From NCBI GenBank assembly GCA_963700285.1, contig CAVOXA010000014.1:800001-864000 (forward strand): a stretch of DNA of 64,000 nt, read 5' to 3'. Shown in pieces: positions 57,723-64,000 of this stretch; position 1 is the stretch's first letter; every line of letters begins with the position of its first letter. Position numbers and translations under genes: made by a program. Below the pieces are notes generated by a model that saw only the letters and a list, made by a program, of their open reading frames with translations, ran no database searches and was not told where the DNA came from. This DNA comes from an uncultured Chloroflexia bacterium. GTDB taxonomy: Bacteria; Chloroflexota; Anaerolineae; JAAYZQ01.

Positions 57723-59219
57723 CTAGCCGCCGATGAGGGCCTCGACCATTGTGCGCGTCAGTTCCAAGATTGGCGCGGGCCAAATGCCCAAGACAACGAC
57801 CGCAACCGCGGCCAGTCCCAGCCCAATCTGCAAGGGCAGGCTGACGGGCGCACCGACAGCATGAGCTGGCTCCTGTCGCCGGAAGTAGATGGCCGCCACC
57901 ACGCGCAGGTAGTAGTAGGCCGAGATAACACTATTGACCACGCCGATCGCTGCCAGCCAGATTAGATCCGCCTGTACGGCGGCGCTAAACACCCACAACT
58001 TGGCAAAGAAACCGGCCAAGGGCGGCACCCCCGCCAATGACAACATCAGGAGCGCCATAGCCGCAGCCAGCCATGGCTGGCGAGCGCCCAACCCGGCCAA
58101 GTCCCCCAGAGTTTCTCCGCCTCCATCCGAGCCCTCGAAGCGGCCGACAGCAATAATCACGGCAAAAGCCGCCGTATTCATAAAGACGTAGACAAAAAGA
58201 TAAATGAGCACAGCACTGACACCCAGTTGGGTACCAGCCGCCAGGCCAACCAGGATGTATCCCGCATGGGCGATGCTAGAATAAGCCAGCATCCGCTTGA
58301 GGTTGGTCTGGCGGAGGGCCGCCAGGTTGCCCACTGTCATCGTCAGGACCGCTAGGATAGCTAGCGCCCAACTCCAGGAACTGTAAAGGTCGCCAAAAGC
58401 ATAGACGAGTACCCGGCCCAGAGCGGCAAATCCCGCGGCCTTGACACCCACACTCATAAAGGCGGTAATCGAAGTGGGTGCGCCTTCGTACACGTCTGGC
58501 GTCCACATATGGAACGGGACTAGCGCAACCTTGAACCCCAAACCAACGAGCATCAAACCCAGGGCCACCAGCAGCAGAGCGGGGAAGCGGCTGTCAAGCG
58601 AGGCTACATAGTCGCGTACCTCGACCAGGGATGTGGAACCCACCTGGCCGTAGGTTAGCGCGATGCCGTAGAGCAGGAAGGCGCTGGCAAAGGCCCCCAG
58701 CACGAAATACTTGAGAGCCGCCTCACCTGAGCGCTTCTCGGCGCGGTTCAAGCCGACAAGGACGTAAAGGGCGATAGACAGGATCTCCAGAGCCATAAAG
58801 ATAGTCATGAGATTTATGGCTGCAGCCATGAGCATCATCCCGGCCGTGGACAGGAGAAGCAAGGTATAGTACTCCCCTTGAGCCAGGCCGATGCGGCCCA
58901 CATACTCTACCGAAAAAAGAATGGCCAGAGCCGCAGAAGCAAGAACGACAAGGTTGAGGAAAAGGGCGTACGCATCGGCAGCCAGCATATCCTGGAGTAA
59001 GGGGATAGAGACGGACCCAGGGGGCGCGGCCGAACCAGGGGAGATATAGTAGGACAGGCCAGCCGCAACCATCACCCCAGCCAAGCTCAACCAAGCGAGC
59101 CGGCTCTTTTGTGCCTTGGGTAGAAAGAGGTCGACAATCATCACCAGGAGCGCGGTGACCAGCACCACGATCTCCGGGGCAACTACCATCAAGTTCAAGG
59201 ATGGAATCGATATCTGCAT
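57723..59219 (-). CDS. nuoN: NADH-quinone oxidoreductase subunit N
   Basis: EAALKYF, FKVALVPFHMWTPDVYEGAP, KRMLAYSSIAHAGY, SLAGVPP. Confidence 0.95.
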   Translation of the reverse strand: MQISIPSLNLMVVAPEIVVLVTALLVMIVDLFLPKAQKSRLAWLSLAGVMVAAGLSYYISPGSAAPPGSVSIPLLQDMLAADAYALFLNLVVLASAALAILFSVEYVGRIGLAQGEYYTLLLLSTAGMMLMAAAINLMTIFMALEILSIALYVLVGLNRAEKRSGEAALKYFVLGAFASAFLLYGIALTYGQVGSTSLVEVRDYVASLDSRFPALLLVALGLMLVGLGFKVALVPFHMWTPDVYEGAPTSITAFMSVGVKAAGFAALGRVLVYAFGDLYSSWSWALAILAVLTMTVGNLAALRQTNLKRMLAYSSIAHAGYILVGLAAGTQLGVSAVLIYLFVYVFMNTAAFAVIIAVGRFEGSDGGGETLGDLAGLGARQPWLAAAMALLMLSLAGVPPLAGFFAKLWVFSAAVQADLIWLAAIGVVNSVISAYYYLRVVAAIYFRRQEPAHAVGAPVSLPLQIGLGLAAVAVVVLGIWPAPILELTRTMVEALIGG

Positions 59220-59229
59220 CCGAATACCC

Positions 59230-60834
59230 CTACTGCGATCCGTCCGGCTGGCCGTGATGGGCAACGTCGAATGACGGGCGGTCAATCGCGCCGAGCCAAA
59301 AGTATCCATCGGGACCATCGATCAGTACGACGCGTCGCTCTTCAGCCCGCTCCAACATCAGGCCGACCGAGGCATCGGCTGCATGAAAGACCAAGTTAGG
59401 CAAGATGCCAATGATAAGGATGAGTATCAACAATGGCAGCAGAATGACAGTTTCGTGGCGGCGTAGATCAGGTAAGACTCGGTTCTCCGGCCAAACCAGC
59501 GGACCGGCAAAGGCGTTGCGAAAGAAACTCAGCATGTACCATGCCCCCAGCACAACGCCAAGCGTGGCAAAGGCAGCAGCCACTGAACTCTCCCGAAAAA
59601 CACCAACCAATATCGTAAACTCACCCGGAAAACCGCTCAAGCCTGGCAGGCCAATGGAGGCCATGATCACAGCCAGCAGCAAGCTGCCAAAAACGGGGAT
59701 GCTCTTCCACAACCCGCCCAGAGCCTCGATCTGGCGCGTACCCCGGCGCCGCTCCAACATTCCTACAAGGATAAAGAGGGCTGCAACGGTTAAGCCATGG
59801 GACACCGATTGGACCAGCGCTCCATCAACCCCCTGGGCATTGGCAGCAAAGACACCAGCAACGATCATGCCCATGTGCGCCAGGCTGGAGTAGGCTACCA
59901 GGCGCTTCATGTCCTGTTGGGCCAGAGCGACGAGCGAGCCATAGAGAATCCCGACGATGGCCAGCAGCCATATCCAAGGCCTCAGGGCAGCCACAGCATC
60001 CGGGAACAAGGGCAGACAGAAACGGATCAGGCCATAGACGGCCATCTTGGACAGCACGGCGGCAAGAAGAACTGTCACAGGTGTGGGCGATTCCTCGTAG
60101 GCGTCAGGCAGCCAAGTGTGGAGCGGCCAAATGGGCGCCTTGACCGCAAAGGCCAGCACAAAAGCCAGAAAAAGCCCCAACTGCGTGAGCCACGGGAGAG
60201 GAAGCTGATATAGGGTGAGCAGATCGAAACTGAACTGTCCGGTCTGCTGGTAGTTGAGCACCGCCAGAACGATGATAGCCACCAGCATCAAGGCACTGCC
60301 GGCCATGGTGTAGAGGAAAAACTTGAGCGTGGCGTACACCCGGCGCTCGCCGCCCCACCGGCCGATGAGAAAGTAGGCCGGAACCAGTACCGCTTCCCAA
60401 AAAACGTAGAATAGGACCAGATCCAGAGCGGCAAAGACGCCGAGAACCCCAGTTTGCAGGGCCAGCAAGAAAAAGATGAATGGCCGGGCGTCCGACTCGC
60501 CCCGCCCATCCAGATAGCTCCAGGAGACGAGGACAACGACGGGGGCGAGAAATGTGGCCAGCAGCAACAGCCAGAGGCTGATCCCGTCCACGCCAACCGT
60601 GTAGCTAATGCCCAGGGGCTCAATCCAGGCAAAGTGATCTACGAACTGCATCCCGGCCTGTCCATAGTCAAATAGGGCCAGCATGACGCAGGCCAGAGCA
60701 AGATCGATGAGAACCACGATCAACGCCCATGTCTTTGTCACCTTGCGATTCCCGCCCAGCAACAGGGTCACCAGCGCGCCGGCGAATGGCACAAAAATGA
60801 GGGCAGACAGAAGTGGGAAGCTTGGCTGGTTCAT
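59230..60834 (-). CDS. nuoM: NADH-quinone oxidoreductase subunit M
   Basis: GVDGIS, FYVFWE, KFFLYT, PLHTWLPDA, KRLVAYSS, GLPGLSGFPGEF. Confidence 0.95.
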   Translation of the reverse strand: MNQPSFPLLSALIFVPFAGALVTLLLGGNRKVTKTWALIVVLIDLALACVMLALFDYGQAGMQFVDHFAWIEPLGISYTVGVDGISLWLLLLATFLAPVVVLVSWSYLDGRGESDARPFIFFLLALQTGVLGVFAALDLVLFYVFWEAVLVPAYFLIGRWGGERRVYATLKFFLYTMAGSALMLVAIIVLAVLNYQQTGQFSFDLLTLYQLPLPWLTQLGLFLAFVLAFAVKAPIWPLHTWLPDAYEESPTPVTVLLAAVLSKMAVYGLIRFCLPLFPDAVAALRPWIWLLAIVGILYGSLVALAQQDMKRLVAYSSLAHMGMIVAGVFAANAQGVDGALVQSVSHGLTVAALFILVGMLERRRGTRQIEALGGLWKSIPVFGSLLLAVIMASIGLPGLSGFPGEFTILVGVFRESSVAAAFATLGVVLGAWYMLSFFRNAFAGPLVWPENRVLPDLRRHETVILLPLLILILIIGILPNLVFHAADASVGLMLERAEERRVVLIDGPDGYFWLGAIDRPSFDVAHHGQPDGSQ

Positions 60835-60915
60835 CCCCTCAACGCCTCCAAACGAACGCTATCCCCTGCATTCTACTCCCCTTTGATCATCCAGTAGGCC
60901 CAGAGCATCGCCGGG

Positions 60916-62850
60916 CTATCCTCCGAACGCGGCACGCACCAGCAGGTAAGCCAGCAGCGCCACTGCGCCGGCTAGCATCACCAGGGCATAGTTGCGCACG
61001 AGGCCGGTCTGCAAACGCCGCAGTCCCTGACCGAGCAAACCGACGAACCGGGCCAGGCCATTCACCAGGCCGTCTATGGTGCGTATCTCAACCACATCGG
61101 CCAGGAGATCCGCCAGCGTTCGGAGTGGCTTGACAATGACCTCCACATAGGCCTCGTCCACGTAGTAACTGTTATAGACCACGTCATAGAGCCACCGGGC
61201 GCTGTTGGTCGCGCGCGCAGCCAAACCCCAGCGGCGGATGTAGAACAAATAGGCCAGGAAGAAACCAATGGTCACGGCAACGACCGAGGCCATCATCAAC
61301 CCAAGCTCCAAGATCGCGCCACCCTCAGCGGATTCGTACAGATGTGCGTCCACCAGGACCGGCTGCAGGAATTGCTCAATCGCCGTCCCCAGACCCACTA
61401 TCTTTGGCAGCCCAATGTAGCCCGCCCCAACTGCCAGGGCAGCCAAGATCACCATTGGCACGACCATAACCGGTGGAGATTCGTGCGCCCCGGCTTCGGT
61501 CTTTTTGTCCAGTCTCGTACGGCCATAGAAGGCAACGAACAATAGGCGGAAGGCGTAAAAGGCGGTCAACCCCGCCGTCACAACTTCGAGCAGCCAAAGA
61601 AGGGCGCTGCCATGCTCAAAGGTTCTAAGGAGGATCATATCCTTGCTAAAGAAACCAGAGAACAATGGCACCCCGGCCAGCGCGAGTGAGCCCGCGAGAA
61701 AGGCACCAAAGGTCCAAGGCATCTTTTTCCGTAGGCCGCCCATCTTAAAAATGTCCAGCTCCCCAGCAAGCGCATGCATCACGCTACCAGCGCAGAGGAA
61801 GAGCAGTGCCTTAAAGAACGCATGGGTGGTCAGGTGAAAGATGCTGGCCACATAGGCTCCTACTCCTACACCAACAAACATGAAACCAAGCTGGCTGATG
61901 GTCGAATAGGCCAGGATACGCTTAAAGTCCTTTTGCACCACGGCCACTGTCGCCGCGAAAAACGCGGTCAAGGCGCCGACCCAAGTCACCCAGACCAATG
62001 CTGAGGGCGAAGCCTCAAAGATGGCGTAGCAGCGAACCATGAGATAGACGCCCGCCGTAACCATCGTCGCGGCATGGATGAGCGCGCTGACAGGTGTGGG
62101 ACCCTCCATGGCATCGGGTAGCCAGACATGGAGCGGGATCTGGGCTGATTTAGCAATAGCACCCAGGAACAGCAGCAGCGCGATGGTTGTGGCCATGCCA
62201 GGCAGGAGCGTACCAGCAGCGGGCAGCACATCCTGGAAAGCCACACTACCAAAGGTAGCAAAGATTAGCATAATACCCAAAGCAAGGCCGAAATCACCGA
62301 CACGATTGACGATGAAGGCCTTTTTGCCCGCACTGGCCGCCGCTTCCTTTTCAAACCAATAGCCGATGAGCAGGTAGGAGCAGAGGCCCACACCTTCCCA
62401 TCCGACGTACATGGTTACGAAACCGTCAGCCAGCACCAGGATGAGCATCATAAACACAAAGAGGTTGAGCCACGTGAAGTAGCGATGATAGTACTCGTCG
62501 CCATCCATATAGCCCGCCGAGTAGATGTGAATCAGCGTGCTCACCCCGGTGACCACCAAGGTCATGAGAATAGACAGCTCATCCAACAGGATGCCGGCTT
62601 CCACGACAAAATCGCCGGCCACGATCCAAGTGAAAAGCGGGATGATGATCTGCGTACGCCCTTCGTCGTCAGCCGCGGCCGGCAGGCGCAACAGTTCGTA
62701 GAAGACCAGTGCCGCCACTACGAACGAGGCTGCCACCGCCAGGCTGGCGATGATGGCAACCACGCGCCGGCTCAACCACCGCCCCAGAATAGCATTGATC
62801 AGCACGCCAGTGAGTGGGAATAGAAGGATCAGCCAAACATAGTCCAGCAT
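60916..62850 (-). CDS. nuoL: NADH-quinone oxidoreductase subunit L
   Basis: GWEGVGLCSYLLIG, KSAQIPLHVWLPDAMEGPTPVSALIHAATMVTAG, HAFFKALLFL. Confidence 0.96.
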   Translation of the reverse strand: MLDYVWLILLFPLTGVLINAILGRWLSRRVVAIIASLAVAASFVVAALVFYELLRLPAAADDEGRTQIIIPLFTWIVAGDFVVEAGILLDELSILMTLVVTGVSTLIHIYSAGYMDGDEYYHRYFTWLNLFVFMMLILVLADGFVTMYVGWEGVGLCSYLLIGYWFEKEAAASAGKKAFIVNRVGDFGLALGIMLIFATFGSVAFQDVLPAAGTLLPGMATTIALLLFLGAIAKSAQIPLHVWLPDAMEGPTPVSALIHAATMVTAGVYLMVRCYAIFEASPSALVWVTWVGALTAFFAATVAVVQKDFKRILAYSTISQLGFMFVGVGVGAYVASIFHLTTHAFFKALLFLCAGSVMHALAGELDIFKMGGLRKKMPWTFGAFLAGSLALAGVPLFSGFFSKDMILLRTFEHGSALLWLLEVVTAGLTAFYAFRLLFVAFYGRTRLDKKTEAGAHESPPVMVVPMVILAALAVGAGYIGLPKIVGLGTAIEQFLQPVLVDAHLYESAEGGAILELGLMMASVVAVTIGFFLAYLFYIRRWGLAARATNSARWLYDVVYNSYYVDEAYVEVIVKPLRTLADLLADVVEIRTIDGLVNGLARFVGLLGQGLRRLQTGLVRNYALVMLAGAVALLAYLLVRAAFGG

Positions 62851-62899
62851 ACCACCGCCTCCTGGGCGGACACACTCCTGGAAGAACACTCCATGACAG

Positions 62900-63202
62900 C
62901 TACCATTTGAGTTGGTTCATCTCATCCACATCGGTCGTCCGCTTGTGGCGGAACAGAGAGACAACAATGGCCAAGCCAACAGCTACTTCCGCCGCGGCCA
63001 CAGCCATAACCATCAGGACAAATACCTGGCCGGCCACGTCTCCAAGGAAATGCGAATAGGTGATGAGCGTCAGGTTCACTGCATTGAGCATCATTTCTAC
63101 CGACATGAGCATCACCAGTGCGTTGCGCCGCACCAAAACACCCACCGCGCCCAGGGAAAACAGGATCGCGCTCAGAATCAGATAATATGAGGGTGGAACC
63201 AT
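62900..63202 (-). CDS. nuoK: NADH-quinone oxidoreductase subunit K
   Basis: [20 protein letters not shown]. Confidence 0.95.
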   Translation of the reverse strand: MVPPSYYLILSAILFSLGAVGVLVRRNALVMLMSVEMMLNAVNLTLITYSHFLGDVAGQVFVLMVMAVAAAEVAVGLAIVVSLFRHKRTTDVDEMNQLKW

Positions 63203-63207
63203 GAGCG

Positions 63208-63702
63208 CTATTCCTCCAGTCTCCTCTTTGCCAGGACCACCGCCCCGATGATAGCCACGAGCAGTACCACCGAGGCCAATTCAAAGGGGATCGCATAGTC
63301 GGTGAGCAGAGCTGCCCCGAGCAGCCGTACGCTGTCCATGGCGAGACCAGGTCCCGGCCCCATGTCCATGGGAATCAAGGCCCAGACATTGCCCACCAGA
63401 AGCAATACCCCCAGAAGGCCGCCCACAATCCACTGATAACGCAGCGGATCGGGCGCCTCCTCGGCCCGCTCCATCCCCAGCAGCATGACCACAAAGAGAA
63501 AGAGGACCACAATGGCACCAGCATAGACGATAACCTGCACCGCGGCGACAAAGGGCGCGTTGAGGAGGACATAGAGACCTGCCAGACAGCAAAAGTTAAC
63601 CAGCAGGAATAGGGCGCTCCTCACAGCGTTGCGTTGGGCGACCACACCCACGCCCGCTGCCACAGCAACTATCGCCAGGATGAAGAAAAGCACCATCTCC
63701 AT
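63208..63702 (-). CDS. nuoJ: NADH-quinone oxidoreductase subunit J
   Basis: [37 protein letters not shown]. Confidence 0.95.
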   Translation of the reverse strand: MEMVLFFILAIVAVAAGVGVVAQRNAVRSALFLLVNFCCLAGLYVLLNAPFVAAVQVIVYAGAIVVLFLFVVMLLGMERAEEAPDPLRYQWIVGGLLGVLLLVGNVWALIPMDMGPGPGLAMDSVRLLGAALLTDYAIPFELASVVLLVAIIGAVVLAKRRLEE

Positions 63703-63726
63703 TACAGCCTCAGCCTCCTACAGCAG

Positions 63727-64000
63727 CTAGCCGCCTTCGGCCTTCTCTTGGTCGTCCAGGATAATGGCATTGGGCTCTGCTGGCTCCAATAACCTATCTT
63801 GGGTATAGAGCAGACTCTCCCGGCTATAGTCCGCCAGGGCGAACTCGCGACGCAGGACAATGGCCCCCGTGGGGCACGCCTCTTCGCAGTAACCACAGAA
63901 CATGCAGCGCAACATGTTGATCTCATAGATCTCGGCGTACCGCTCGCCAGGCGAGCGCTCCAGGCCCTTCCTGTTCTCCCCTGCCTGGACGTAGATGCAT
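63727..64000 (-). CDS. nuoI: NADH-quinone oxidoreductase subunit I, 5' truncated by window
   Basis: [41 protein letters not shown]. Confidence 0.93.
   Translation of the reverse strand, partial: CIYVQAGENRKGLERSPGERYAEIYEINMLRCMFCGYCEEACPTGAIVLRREFALADYSRESLLYTQDRLLEPAEPNAIILDDQEKAEGG

Noticed and set aside
57723-64000. Unusual complex I variant (e.g. duplicated nuoM)
   Set aside because: Canonical I-J-K-L-M-N order with single copies.

Overview
GC-rich bacterial chromosomal window; gene content and style (LYLxV-type C-terminal motif, Pro/Thr linkers, 7/8-mer intergenic arrays) suggest Chloroflexota/Anaerolineae (inference). Left ~7 kb: acyl-CoA ligase end, a vapBC toxin-antitoxin pair bracketed by heptamer inverted-repeat arrays, a decaying desaturase-like/ferredoxin-reductase pair, an aminotransferase, several REP-like palindromes, rpiA, fba, and a c-type cytochrome lipoprotein. 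8-27 kb: GT-C-like membrane protein, priming sugar transferase, leuS (with a ~120-aa insertion), two tRNA-Ala, a frameshifted MBL hydrolase, Ser/Thr kinase, yabN/mazG, a NusG-paralog antiterminator plus rfbE-like epimerase, glnS, btpA-pfkB-cupin. 27-57.7 kb: large surface-glycan locus (orphan wzm, tandem AlkP-superfamily enzymes, wzz-like gene frameshifted at a G7 run, TPR protein, wzx, ATP-grasp, deacetylase, two Wzy/WaaL-like proteins, GT4s, pglC/D/E/F-like bacillosamine pathway interrupted by an inverted GT2 + SAF oxidoreductase pair, GME-like epimerase, TagA-like). Right end: nuoI(partial)-J-K-L-M-N. No CRISPR, transposase or integrase seen. The best candidates for something new are a putative Chloroflexota surface/protein glycosylation system and repeat-bounded TA cassettes. 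All family calls come from motif recognition by eye, without database searches.
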